A DNA stretch of 64,000 nucleotides from Tubiluchus corallicola. Taxonomy: Eukaryota; Animalia; Priapulida. Below, in pieces: positions 50,301-64,000 of the stretch. How positions within the stretch are numbered: the stretch's first letter is position 1; every line of letters begins with the position of its first letter. The notes beneath the pieces were generated by a model, which was given only the letters and a program-made list of their open reading frames with translations, ran no database searches and had not been told where the DNA came from. Made by a program: the position numbers and the translations under genes. The stretch is taken from positions 186,001-250,000 of the forward strand of contig JAQGDQ010000101.1 in assembly GCA_030141605.1 (NCBI GenBank), written 5' to 3'.

Positions 50301-53300
50301 TTCCCACTTAGCGCTGAAAAGAATTTTTTGATATTTTGTTGCAACATCAAGGGTGTTTGTGATAAACAGGCTGCACGCTATTGTAAATATACCTGTTTTC
50401 TGTTTTGTTAAGTGTTCACTGGATTAAAAACGTTTTTAGTATGATACTGTTCGGCTTGCATTATATATATATATATATTAGTTTTTAGTCAATAACAATA
50501 AGTTTTAGTCAATAAGTGATCAATTATGCATCAGGAGTAAGGTGGTTAAATCTACCTGTTACACAGCCGTCCTTTGGTGGAGGAAATCCTTTTCTTGCTC
50601 TTACCCTTTCCCAACTCTCTCTGCTTCTGTATTTCTTCAAAGATGACTGTGAGCTAAATATATAATACGATGTTGTCTCATTTCTATAGCACAAAAACTA
50701 TGGTAACATATCAACAACATAATAAAGGACATGAATTGGGTACAAAGAAAACCAGAAATTTTGTACAACAATCATAAAATGAATCAGAATTGATTGGAAA
50801 ATTTGCCAAAAGAAAGGATAAAAGATTGCATCGAAGCTTGCAGCTAACAAAGGATTCATGTTTAAGAGTTTAAAAAGACCATAAACATAGGAGTTGTGAA
50901 ACTAGATAAATGACAGGAATAAGAGAATTATCGAACAATTATAACTTTATAATGGCAAACAACCCATACATAACATTCACATATGTATAATAAGCAAAGT
51001 AAAAGCGCTTGCAAAAAAGTAAGGAGAAACTGGCAAGATTTCTGAGACTTTTATACTCCAACGACTAAGCATTTTTTGTAAAATTTTTGCAATTTTCATA
51101 ATGATAGTTAGAAATAAAACTTTTCACCACTAAAGTTGCAGATATTTTTTACTTTAAATTTTCATTCAAAATTTTTATCTGCAATTGGCAGATTACTGTT
51201 GTGATTTTATTTTAACTATAATGATGACACTTGGTGTGACAAACAAGCGTTTATATTCAAAAGGTACAACCAGCTAACTAAGTAAATTCTTTCTTGAATA
51301 CACCAATTTTTATACTGTAGTTTTAGAATCACCTGTCACTTTCTGGCGACTTGTGCTCATCTGCTGGTTCGTCAGTTTCAGACTGCAGCAACGCATTGGA
51401 AATATCTTGAATCTGTTTCAGAAGATCAGGATTTGCCAGCACATCACTGCAATCAAACATATCAGCATAAGATGCTGCTTGGAAAATAAAACAAAAGCTG
51501 TATGCAGCTGAAAACTAACACTCAATGTTGCACAACTTGCACATATTCATACTACGGGTGATTTCTGTACAACTTAGAGCTTAGAAAGCTTATGCTGCTT
51601 GGGAATGTTTACAAAGCATGAAAAGTCTACTACTTATGCTGAAGAAGCAACTTTACAGCCTATTGACTGTAAACAGCATGTACCTATTTGTGAGCTACAG
51701 CTAAAGAAAAAAACAGCCATTTCTTTTTGGTAGAAAAAAACTTATATTTACTATGAATGAAACTGTTTTTAAGGTCAGCCAACTGCTGCCTTAGCTAACA
51801 AATTGATTTTTGGTAATCTCTGTTTACCTAGTAAAAGAAACAAAAAAGTGATCATTTGCCCTAGCCATTATAAATCTCAGTATAGAATTGTCCTCAGATT
51901 AGAAACTCTAAAAACGCATACTAGCTGATTTAACTGTGAAAAGAAAGTTTTGGCTAAGACCTTAACTTCTTTTGCATCGATTTAGTGAACACATTTGGCA
52001 CATCTGGCAAATTCCAGTAGATTTTACATTTTGCAAAAAAGAAAAAAGATGGCAAGCAGCACTAACATTACCCACATAAAAATGTAAACAACACAGTGCT
52101 AATAGGAGGACAGACATATGTCATACATGTACGTTTAGTTTTCAATAAAAATTGTTTTCATAACATGACACACTTACCATATATATTAGTTTATAACATT
52201 ACTAAAATTTATAAATTCAGTTGTATAAATTTCATTACTTCAACAGTTAAGCTTAAAAATGCGCTGATAACTTGTCTTAAACTTGACAATTTTTATGCTG
52301 TAACTGTTTTTAAATTTAAATGGGTGCAGATTGTCACATAGTTCAAATAGTATCTTAAGCAAACCACTTAAATATATCGTACAGATTGCCATACTTTAAT
52401 AGTGAATCTTAATCATAACAGTGCTCAGTGGATAGATCTTACCTTCCACTACTTTGATCCAAAGTCTGAAAAAAAAATGAAAAAAAAACTTCTTACAAAT
52501 ATGAAATAAAGTACAATTTAATTAGTCTCTTAACTTTCATTTATAAAAATTACGAAGTATTACAAAAAAGGCAAAAAATATTAATAAAATAAAATAATTC
52601 GTACTAAAATCTGATGTGAAAACATAGCTTAGAAAGACTTCAAACTTTTGCATAACTTAAACAATTGATTTGGTCTAGGAAATTAAAACAGTTTAAACTA
52701 CGAAGACGAACACTGATGCCCATGACGATTAAATTAATAAAAATTTAAATTTTAGCTAAACTTCATAACTGCAACATTTACTAAATTCAAATTTACTTAC
52801 AAATAAAGAATGCAGTTTGCTTAATTCAAAATAATTGCAGAATGTAAATTAAAAATAAAAGAAGTAATTACATCACTGATATTAAACACAGAAGCAAAAA
52901 AATTAATTTAGCAAAAAATAGTTTTAGAACGGCAGGTCCGCAAAAATAAATATTCGCAAAAATTGTCTTTTGTTTTCCACTGAGCACTGAAGCACAAGAT
53001 TCAACTATGAAGTATGGCAAAATATCTAGAAGCCACCATTAAATAAAGCACATAATAAAACGTGCAGCGTATGACGCAATTCCTTGCAACACAAGACTCC
53101 CGGATGGCTATAAATCAACACAACTAGTGTGAAAACTACAAGGCATTTTTTCCAGGGTTGTGTGCAAAATACTTACCAAGTAAGCATAAATGCAATAATG
53201 CTTATTTGACATAATGAAGAAGCCGGAAGTGCACATTTGGCACTGGACTTTTTGGCCAGGAAACAGAAACTTTTGACACAACAGAGTCTTCAAAAATGTC

Positions 53301-56300
53301 TGTTTGGCATTCGGACATAGAGAAGTGCCTGTACGGCACGAAGTCTGAATGACCATAGGTTGTTTAAAGTAGTGCCATTTGGCAATAGGATATTAGGAAT
53401 ATGGAGTGCCTATATGGCATTTGATCACTGGGGATAATCAGTGCCATCTATTTGGCACAGCGTTTATTTGGTAATGGCGATAATGTATGGACATAGTTTA
53501 GTTTGCCCATTTGGCAGTTGGCAATTGTAATGAAAGCAGGCATGTTTAATGCCAATGCCTATTTATCTGGCACTTATCTGGCAAATAAAAACTATTGCCA
53601 AGTATCAGGCACTAAGCAACAGGGAGATGTAGAGTTGGTAGAGCCAATGCGGCACAAAATCTTGGGACAAAGCTTACCTGGCTATATTCAAATTGCCTAC
53701 AAGGCAGTTTTGTTGAATATGCGTCGTACAATGCACACTGCATGTTGATCACACGTTTTATAATAATGTGCAGTATTGTGCACATTCGTTGATATGGCTT
53801 TGAGCTCTAGTGTGTTGATATGTGCTCTAGTGCATATTATGCAGAAGAATTTTTGCGATTATTTGCAATTTTGCATGACCAAAGCAACAACTCCATCATG
53901 GAAAATGAGAGAGTTGTTGCTGATCATTCTTTATCTATCTTGAGAATCCCATGCACCCTTGTCCATTACAAAAGTAATAAGACGTGTTATACATGAAGTC
54001 AAGAATTACAGCAAAACAAATGCGCACCCAAATCACAATATGAGTTACTGTTCCCGTTTCACAATGAGAATTACTGCGCTCATATCACAATGTGATTTAC
54101 TGCTCCCGTTTCACAATGAGAATTACTGTGCCCCTATCACAGTGTGAATTAGTGCGCCTATATCACAATGCGAATTATTGCTCCCGCATCACAATGAAAG
54201 TTACTCGCCCCTATTCACAACGTGAATTACAAGTCTCATATCATGTCAATTACTGCGCCCGTGTCACATCAATTACTGAGCCCGTGTCACACTGTGAATT
54301 ACTGCGTCTGTATCACAATGTGAATTATTGCGCCCGTATCACAATGTGAATTACTACTCCCATATCACATCAATTACTGCGCCCGTATCACGTGAATTAC
54401 TGCGCCCGTGTCACAATGTGAATTACTGAGCCCATGTCACAATGTGAAATACTGTGCCCATATCACAATGTGAATTACTGCGCCCGTGTCACAATGCTGT
54501 GCCTGTGTCACAATGTAAAATACTGCACCCGTATCGCAATTTGAATTACTGTTCCCGTATCGCAATGTGAATTACTGCGCCTGTTGCACATTTACTAATG
54601 CAATGATGATGAATCCTAAAAAAAAATAAAGCAAAAACATTTATCTCATGCTTCAGTAATATTGATTATATAAACAATTAAGTCTGAACAAAAAATAAAA
54701 AATAAAATAACCATATGAACCAATTATGATAAAACAATATTTTGTAAAACAAAGTAATTAAATTAACTGCATTCATCAAATAATATAATGTCCTCTAAAA
54801 TGCTGACAAAGTAAACAAACAAACCTGTTGTATTAATTTTTCAGTCAATGTCTGTATTTGTATCATTAAAGCATTATCAATAGGAGCACCGGGAGGTTGA
54901 CCAGCCAACTGTTCCTGAATTGATTGCAATAACAACTGTGGATCCTACAAATAAATGCAATAACATATGCCAACGTCCTAGCAAATGCAATGCTCACGAA
55001 GTTGATAACAACAGCAATAGTCAAAAGATTTAGATCATAACATTTACATTGAAATGATGGCATGACCAACAATTAAATATCTAAATAAAAACTAATCTAA
55101 TTAAGGTGAGTGATCTAATATTGCAAATGCAGTGGGATGAATTTTGGATGATCACAGAGAGGCATTAACACTAGGGATCATTGGACGTACTTTGTAAGCA
55201 GAGAAGGTTACTTTGTAACCTAGGTGCCTGGAGGCATATAAATTTACAAATTGGTTTCACTTGATACGAACAGCTAGCACTAAATTTTAACAGTAAGAGG
55301 GAAAGCAAAAACACAAGTAATTGTACTATTTTACATTACTTGAGCATTTGTAGAACAGAATAATGTAGAAAGTAACATTTTAATGTTTCAAAGCAAAAAG
55401 TTCTTGATAAAATAAAAAACTACATTGAGCAGTTTCGTTAAAGTCGTCAAAACAAAATATACGTTGTTAAAAGTGACAAAAAGGTGTTATATGTTCAGCG
55501 TCATTAAAATGAAACGTCACTAAATGAGGCATGTCCTTAAGCAAGGACTTACTGTATTAAAATTATAAACTATTTTTCTTTGAATTATTAAGGTTCATAA
55601 TTATAATAAATAAAATGTGATAATGTATAAAAATATGTCCAAGATCCTACCTCTTCTTGACTAGCACCTGGTTTTGGAGGTGGTGGCGGTGCTGAAATAG
55701 AACAGACTATTTAGCAAATCAAACATGTGCATACACAAATTAAAATCAACATCAATATAACTTCAGGGCAAAACTACAAAACTGAAAGCGTAAAATTGAA
55801 CAAAATGAGCATGAGTGACCTTTTCTTTTTCTTAAAAGGTTGTAAGTATATAATAGGCCTAGAAAAAAATTGCATCTAACATCAATTCATTTAATTTGTT
55901 GAGAGTTATTAATCACATTCTAAAACAGCAACATTCTTTCAGTGGTATGTAAACCAGAAGCAAATTTTTCAGGCGGATTGCTGTGTAAATTTTCCATTTA
56001 GCGAAAAACCTCATCTAGCACTGATGGGCGATTAATAGATTGATCGAATTAATCCCAATTACAACAGCAAATAAATCAATATAATCGGCGATTGAACAGT
56101 AATTCAATTAATCGAGGGGCAAAATATACGTGTTACACACTAAAAGGCAATGTTTTAGCACAAATAAACAGAATAATTGCATTTTCTCTTCTTTTTTGTT
56201 ACCTTACACAATGTGCACCATTGCAAACCACAGTGTTGCAAACTGGGGGCTTCAAATTATTCGTTGGCACATGGACATGTGTAGTGACGTAGTCACAAAG

Positions 56301-59300
56301 TAGTTAACGAATATGCGTGTCAATAAAAACAGTTTTCAAGTACAAAAATGACAGACAGCGGCAAAAAAAGTTTATCGACTATATTTCACTGAAATCATTG
56401 AAAATACGTCTGAAACACTAAAAAAATCGCCACAAAAGATTAATCATGTTATCAAGTTACAAGAACAAGATTAAAATCAAATTACAAAATTTCAGAATCA
56501 CCCATCACTTTGACATCCAGTAAACACAATTACATGAAATACAATGAGTAGCAAGAACAAACATGTCACAACGCAATAGGTATTAAGCAATAGGGAAACT
56601 ATATCCTACTCCATGTTAAGTACTATCAACTATGCATTAAGCTATGCAAATGTTAGTGTTTTTGCTAGCTGCAAGCTAACTACACTTACGTTCACCTTTG
56701 TCAACCAGACGTAACAGAGGCTGAATCACATCTGAACTGAACACACCATGTTTGAGCCAAATATTTAAAACCTTCTTGACCTTTGCCTGAAAGTAAAGAA
56801 AATTTTTCTAAAATTCTTGGCTGGCGATCACAGAAAGCCTTGGGTTCAAGTTGCAGTGGAGCTGCAAAATTTTCCAGTCGTTCTAATTTAGTAGTGCTTT
56901 CATGCACTCAAAGAATTGATATCAGAAATGTAAACTACATTTTTAGTGAGAATTCAAAATGACAGTTGTAGCTTCAAGAAAGCTTGGAGGAACTTGTACA
57001 GTAATTTTTTACCTGAGATCACAAGTCAAAATTACCTTATCAGTTTCAGGACACTGTAAAATGTGGGTAAACGTTGCCTCAAAATTCTTGGCAAATCTCG
57101 CACCATAAAGATCTTTCTCCACTCCAAACTGATGTCGTGACTGCTTGATAATAGAATCAATCACGTACAGTCCAGGAACCTTGTAATGTGGTGGACACTA
57201 AAAATATGACACGCAGATTTTTAATGATATGTAACTAGCTAATAATGAAGCAGGGTAAAAGCACAGTGATGCCTCCATTGCATTTTTAACGACAAAAATA
57301 AATTTAAGACCTCAGTGTTTCATTTTATTTAGAAAACAATTCCAATTGATTAATTTAATGTGATGTGCTAATCATGCTGCATAATTTCGAAAAGTTTCAG
57401 CTGTCTGCCATTATAAGTAAAAGTTTAGTGGCACTTTGAATACAGTACCATTTACCTGTTTTTGCAAGTTGCCTGTGGCCCTCTTTCGTTTACACATAAT
57501 TTATTTGATAATTAATACAGTTTTGCCAAAATGACATTTTCGAGGTATGCATTCATATGTCTGTCCATACGTCAACAACTGTTCTTTAGATCATTTTAGT
57601 GGCTTATACGAAAAATAAAAACAATTGAAATTTAATTACTGCTTTTTCCTGATGTTAATGTCTTTATATTATGCAGAAAGCAGAAATTACATATAGTTTG
57701 CAATAATACACAGTAGTACAGACTTAAATGACCATGTCTATCCATTAGGTCAACACAAATGTGCAAACTGCCTTCTGGATGATGTTCAAAGTATCTGCTT
57801 TGTGAAAACATAGAATTCCTCGTATGTTATGAGAAACATTGGAGCATATGTATGAGCATTTGTTAGTTAGATAAACAGAAATGATGTCAGTAGGCTGGTT
57901 TCTTTGTTACATATGTCAAAAAAATGGCAAGCGCTAAATTTATTAATAAAACGTAGTATATCTACAAACTCTGACATACTAGCTGATCTATACTTGCAGT
58001 TTAATTTTATTAAAAACTAAGCTTTTTTAGTAAAACTGTGTTAGTTTAATTTAGAAAAAGAAATAGAGGTTTGATAACAACAATAATTTGGTTTATTTTT
58101 ACTTAAAAATATCAAAAACCATTACGAATTGATGTCAGTAGGCTGGTTTCTTTGTTACATATGTTAAAAGAAATGGCTTGAAGGGCTAAATTTATTAATA
58201 AAACATAGTATATCTACAAACTCTGACATATTAGCTGATCTATACTTGTAGCTTAAATTTATCAAAAACTAAGCTTTTTTAGGAAAAATGTGTTAGTTCA
58301 ATTTACAAAATGAGTATAGAGGTTTGACAACAATAATTTGATTTATTTTTACTTAAAAATATTAAAAAAACGTTACAAATTATGCATTACGACAAAAATT
58401 CACCTAGTTAATGTCACAGAGTATGTTTAAAATATGTCACAGAGTATGTTTAAAATATGTATTTCACATAATTTGTATTTCCATGTCACTGAACCACTTC
58501 TGTAGCTAGCAACCTACTAATTGATGCTTGAAAAGTAAACTATGTTAATAAAGCTGTTAGAAAAGCATTTTAACATGAAATGCTGATTGTCTTCCTTATG
58601 CAATTAAGAAATATGTTTTCTTAAAATTGCCATAACTTTGTAACCTTTCATCTAATTTATAAACCAAATAGTTTTATGATACACAGAACAAGAGCTTTCA
58701 TTTGCTATATTATACAAACACCTAAGTGAAATTCTTTTGCCCTCAAGAGGGCCAAATTTGGAGGCATTCACTGTGCTTTCACCCATCACTGATGACAAAC
58801 TACTGAAACTAGCGCAATTTTCACCATCCAAATTTTTAACTCAGTAATTCTGCTTTCGTTAAGAAATAATGATTGTTATTTAACTGTAAAGATATTTGTA
58901 AAGGAAATACAACAGTTAATACAAAAATAACACAATGCATATAAAAATAATACTGTAAATATACCAAGCAGCATTAATAACGTACCTTAGCAATGAACTT
59001 TTCCACATTGTGAACAATGTGCTTGAAAAATTTGCCCGCTTTCATTGCACACTTTGTGATCAACACCATTTTAGCCTTCGAAATCGGTGGCTTTGTCTTG
59101 TACAAACCAGCAAGCTAAAAATGATTAAATCGCCTCTCATCAACTTTAGAGTTAATTTACTGTGTGACTAGCATTATCACGGAAATGTATGAAAACAATA
59201 TAAAAGTAAATAGCAATCTTAAATTTTGATTAGCATAACGTTTGTAATTTAAGTTCGTAGCCTTTAATAAGCTGGTTAGCTGGCGCCTGGAATCAGTTTT

Positions 59301-59737
59301 ACAGTCTATGATTTTAACTGTAATTGAAATCGATCAAATGTTAGTTCCACAAGGATTATTAAATAAACTAGCGTTCTTATACATCTATAATTATATATGC
59401 AATCACTAAGTTGCATAAGATTGATGAATAAATAAATCTAAATCTAAGCATGTTTAGAGCAGCAACTATCTATTTATTTGAATTTATAAACCACTGGAGC
59501 TAACCTGTCTTTGACACTGAATGTACTTTCCTCTATTTTGCAACGACTTAACATCTTCAAGGCAAAAATCTGTAGGCCTATCAATAGTAGACCATGCCAA
59601 AGAACATCTAAGCCATTATCAGGTAAATCTATCATCTACAGATTAATGTTAGGAATTTATGAGGCCTACTAATAACACCGATAATCATTGATAATTTTAT
59701 GTACCTCATTACTAAATGTAGTTATAATCTCCATCAT
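41367..59737 (-). CDS. SCAF8: SR-related CTD-associated factor, SCAF4/SCAF8 family (CID + RRM + very long disordered tail), at least 14 exons
   Basis: Exons 59737-59705, 59114-58986 (KPPISKAKM..KHIVHNVEKFI), 57197-57036 (YKVPGLYVIDSIIKQSRHQFG), 56786-56690, 55691-55651, 54944-54825, 52465-52443, 51446-51333, 50653-50556, 49376-49276 (VCSRTIWIG), 48432-48325 (KGCAFLVM), 47303-47138 (WAPGKG..WDVDLGVFHIPY), 46975-46865, 46186-41367. Phases are consistent; additional small exons may have been missed. Likely co-ortholog of SCAF4 and SCAF8. Confidence 0.94.
43151..43210 (-). repeat. Perfect 30-bp in-frame tandem duplication (EETRKKRRNS x2)
   Basis: CAGAATTACGACGTTTTTTCCTAGTTTCTT twice on the plus strand. 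Confidence 0.95.
47756..48179. repeat. Tandem duplication, 212-bp unit x2 (intronic)
   Basis: CATTTATTAACATTGAACATTTTGG.. starts at 47756 and 47968 with few mismatches. Confidence 0.92.
54031..54590. repeat. Minisatellite, about 26-bp unit ATCACAATGTGAATTACTGCGCCCGT, about 20 degenerate copies
   Basis: Unit recurs directly and contains the TCACA-A-TGTGA palindrome. Confidence 0.92.
57882..58380. repeat. Tandem duplication, about 248-bp unit x2 (intronic)
   Basis: TGATGTCAGTAGGCTGGTTTCTTTGTTACATATGT starts at 57882 and 58130; a 23-bp doublet follows at about 58411-58460. Confidence 0.9.
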
Positions 59738-62700
59738 GAGTAAACTATAGCTTAATTCTTTCAAGTTTATATGACCTTTGGCCCTACTGTATCGTCGGAC
59801 CGTTTATAAAATATAAATAACTTCTCAAGTCACGCAAAACCTCCAAGCAAGCACTGCAAATGGCGCGACAACTTCGGCTTTTTTCTCGTGCTGATGCCTG
59901 GCGGCATCCTGTGAGAAAAACTTGAATTAGACCGGGCACATTGAGTTTCAGACCACACTTCTAAACATGTGATCTAAATCACTGAGGCTTTGATCACATG
60001 TCCACAACAGTCAGCAATTACTACAGATAAGAAAACTGTCAAAAGTGATTGCTAAGGAGTACTTGCAATAGGTGTTTTGGTAAGCTATGTCTATGTAAGA
60101 TCTATATGAAGAGAGGCTCTGCTTGTCCGTGACGACCATAATAAGCGCGAGCCAGGTGACTTCATTAAAGCTTAGAAGTTTTGCACGGGTGCTATGATAT
60201 ATGTTTATTTCGAATTTAAAATTTATCTATATATATTCAGATATATTTATTGATTTTTTGTATTGCATCTTTACATTACTGTACCTGTTTTACCGTAAAT
60301 TTATGCATATAGTATAACTATTATTATTGTAGAAAACTGGCTATTTGTTTTACAGATTTTATTTTCATTTTCCACTCATTGTAAAAAAGAAGAAGGTGAA
60401 ACTGCAATAGAACAAGAAAAAAGAATATCAACAAAAATAAAGCAACAGTAAATGTGCGAGTAAACGAGAAACAAGCGTTAACAAATCAACAACAAGCACA
60501 CTGAAGCAGAAGATGATTCAAAATTAAACCATTACATATGGCATTACAAAACCAACGCAAAAATTTGCTAACCAACAAACTTCCTAGCATATTCACAAAT
60601 CAGCATGCACATGCACACACATGCACGCCTACGCAAAAACACGCGCATACGCATGCACTTTAAACAGTTGCAAAAAATCAATAATTAGGCAATGGCTAGA
60701 GATGATAAGAATTATTATCAAATAAACACCAACAGAAACTATTAAGCAAATAAATAAACTTACAAACGTTTGAGGATCTGTATAACAAATTTCAAGCCAA
60801 TCTTCAGAAATCACAAAAAGACATACTGGTTCTACAACAGTGGCCTACTGAACTCACAGCTACTATATCACTAAAACAGGATTTTTCCTATTCTATAGCT
60901 ATCTAACCACTCAATACAAGAGCGGCCAAGCATGTCAAACAAACTCTACAGGTAATGCAAAATGAATAATGTCACTCTAGAATTAATACACCTGGCTTCA
61001 CTGTACCCAATCTAGCCTGAAAGATAACAATTATTATTCACAATGTAACCTCGTATTCAATTCTTAAGAATTTCTCGCTTACCATTTTTCCGCCCTTTGA
61101 AAATATGACTAGATTAAATATACATTTCTGCTACTTAATACTTAATTTAATACCAAATCTATTTTTAATACTATAATGTTTATATATGTATGTTTGTATA
61201 TATGTATATATATATATGCAAACACCTGAAAAATGTCATGAGCCTGTAAGTAAACTTGTATTTTTAATAAGGGGCAGCTGACCAAGTGACCAATAGGTCT
61301 TTCGCTGCTCCTTCTCAGCTGCAATGAAATGTAAAAATAATTATGACGAATTTTAACGGCTATTGAGAAAATAAAATTTATTTGAATTGATATTTCTATC
61401 CCATCTTTCTTGTTGGACTGGTGATGTTTAGCGACACACGGGACCATGGTTTCGAGTTAGCCAAGAGCAGATTCACTAATGCACAGAGAGCTTGTTTTTT
61501 TTTTAAATCACGTGTTAATCACGGTTTCTGCTCAGAATACAAATAGTTTAATAGTCTACCTATCGATGGCACTCTACACTCTATGGAGCCTGTGACAACC
61601 ATACTATAACATCTATGACTAGGTTTGCTGTTAATCTTCCTGCCAAAGGCAACATAGTCGTTTTCTGTTTTGTTCGTTGTTAATACTAATGTTAACTTTA
61701 GCCCAAGGACTAACACTACGGCTGCAGAGATGCTAAATATGATATAGTGGTAAATGGTAGATGGTAAAAAGCTTTCAATAAATTACTGAAACAGAATATA
61801 AAGTATTTCATTCAAATTTCGATCAGGTATTATTATGCCATGGCTACCAAACAGTAAACATAAACCAGTAGAGAGATCGCAAAACTTCAGTCAGCCAGCA
61901 GGAGTCCATCTCACAATGGCCAGTCGGGTACGTTAACTGGCTTGCTGCTCCACAGGGTCATGACTACTCTCAAACACCATGGTAAACGCTCTTACAGGAT
62001 ATACTTAAACATACCAAAATTAATGTATTGCGTAAGTGTGTATAGTTAGCTTTCGTTTTTCAAATTTAAAACTTGGCATTGTTCTATAACATAAGAATAT
62101 AATATACCGACCTAAGCACTATACAAAACACAGTAGGATGTTGTTAGCTACTACTGTACAGAACAAAATTTCATTACCAATAAGGTTGATAGTTAGTAGG
62201 CCTTCTTGATTATTATATTCACAACGTTTAGCCTGCATAACTTAGGCGGTTCAAAATCGAATGTTAGTGCTTGCATAATAAGTCTTGTAAATTGGTCATG
62301 CAATAGTCGTTTTATACCTATTTTTGTACCTATAGATATAATTGGAATATCCTTCTCAGTGGCTAAAACTCAGATTCGGATAGTAGACTACGCAAAATTT
62401 TCGCTAAAGTATTCAGGTTGCATAATACTGTTCTAGTTTTTCATACAGATATTTGATCCCAAAATACTGGAAAACAATTTTGTTGCAAATAATTTTGCTT
62501 TTCCAATAAGTTTATGTGGCGATGAATTTTTTCAACGAAGATGAGCATTCTGGTCTTCTGGTAACAATCTTTCATGTAAAACCTTGATATTACGCCCATA
62601 TACTTGATCTGCTAGTAATACTAAACATTAGTAATTATTTTGCTTTGGTCCAGCGTTATCAAACGTCGAACTTCAGATGAAATCTCTTGCTAATGTGTAA

Positions 62701-63036
62701 TTTGCACCTCTTCAATTACTTGTGAAACGTCTTTCGTTGATGGTGTTTTACCAACAGAATGGAAACTGGTAGTTGTAAATCTAATATTCAAAAGAAAAGC
62801 AAAATTTTTGAACTGCTAGAACGCCGGAGAAGCATTTTCGAAGAGAAAATATGAAGTTATACAGTTGTTAAAGGAAAGAACAATTGAAAGAAAAACTGCT
62901 TTATTCTCAAGACCAGTCCTTAATACTTGTCAAGTAGCAATCTTGCAATCGGGTGATCACCCGGTGTTAGAAATTCTGAAATTGAAAACAGCTGAACATC
63001 GCACCGAGCCGCACAAGGCAAACGGCGCGCGTGCGG

Positions 63037-63038
<2 letters not shown>

Positions 63039-63100
<62 letters not shown>
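63039..63100. repeat. (AG)n microsatellite, about 31 units
   Basis: Read directly. Confidence 0.98.
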
Positions 63101-63103
<3 letters not shown>

Positions 63104-63129
63104 GCGAGGCAGTATGTTCGCATAAACCA

Positions 63130-63214
63130 AAAAAATGTTACCTCGGCGAGAGGCCCCCTGGAGGGTGAGGCCCTGGGGAAGTATCCCCACTCCCCCCCCC
63201 TGAAATAGGCCCTG
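63130..63214. mobile_element. Probable hAT-like transposon terminus
   Basis: Minus strand begins CAGGGCCTATTTCAGGGGGGGGG with GGCCC subterminal motifs; partner TIR not located. Confidence 0.4.
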
Positions 63215-63700
63215 CATTTTGTTCTTCATCAATGATTTGCCTGAAAGGTACTATATCTTTGCTGATGATGTCAAGTTCTGTCAGTCCTTTACAAGAACAG
63301 GTCGTATGATATGCAACGAATATTAGATAGCACATTGAATGGGCAAATACGTGCCAGGTAAAGATAGCTACTAAAAGTGTAATGCTGTACACATTGATAG
63401 AGACAATCCCAGTAATAACCACCTCATTTCACATAACCAAACTGAATCAGCGGCTGTTGTGCGTGGTCTTGGCATTACCATTTCAAATAATGGTGTCCAT
63501 ATCAGCTGAATGACATTGATATCGTAAACTCTTTTGAGATGTTTTATGGTTGATAACTCATACCCTGACAGACTAAAAGCTCAAATTTAATGCTATTAAA
63601 AAAGACGAATTCAAAATGATCGTGTATGTGCTATAAAATCATTCATAAAGAAGTAGGTTTGAGAAATTTTTACTGGGGCTCCACCTGATCTACGAAAGTT
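63215..63700 (+). mobile_element. Degenerate CR1-group LINE reverse-transcriptase fragment
   Basis: Reads LFFINDLPERYYIFADDVKF, then EWANTCQVKIA and VRGLGITISN, with stops and shifts. Confidence 0.8.
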
Positions 63701-64000
63701 TTTGTACATAGAACTAAATTTTATAAAACGTTTTAATTTTTTTCAAACCGATTTGTTCACTTATGGGTAACTCACTTCCAAATTCTGCGAACTGCTTGTG
63801 ACAGCAACAAATGTCAAATGTTAAGTTTGTTAAATGAGTAAAACGTTATGTTTAGCTGATCTTGATAATTCTGAAATATAAAAGGCATACGTAAGCAATT
63901 TTTCTCATTGTGCCTCCCAACACTCAAAATTTTACTTTTTTTACAGTAATTTTTTATTGAATTGTAATGTACAGTGTTGTATTATTATAATTATGTATAT

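Noticed and set aside
54031-54590. CRISPR-like array (short palindromic repeats)
   Set aside because: Units are contiguous with no unique spacers, there are no cas genes, and it lies in a eukaryotic intron; it is a minisatellite.
62865-63232. ORFs with (ER)n or (SL)n runs
   Set aside because: These are translations of the (AG)n microsatellite.

Overview
AT-rich, intron-containing animal (invertebrate-like) genomic DNA, not prokaryotic; the species cannot be determined from the sequence. Supported genes: the 5' part of cullin-5 (minus strand, 8 exons, runs off the left edge), an uncharacterised multi-exon gene (minus), an intronless FAM20B xylose kinase (plus), an orphan Ser-rich ORF (plus), RPL13A (plus, 7 exons) hosting four C/D-box snoRNAs (two U34-like, two U33-like), and a SCAF4/SCAF8-family CID+RRM gene (minus) ending in a 4.8-kb coding exon. 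A complete 4.19-kb Ty3/gypsy LTR retrotransposon has identical 162-bp LTRs and a 5-bp TSD. It has no tRNA primer site but a perfect 16-nt complement to its own LTR (self-priming signature), a YLDN reverse-transcriptase motif and one in-frame stop in integrase. hAT, Harbinger and Helentron-like non-autonomous elements, a SINE, CR1-type LINE relics and tandem repeats fill the introns. All coordinates and homologies were read by eye or recalled; no searches were run.
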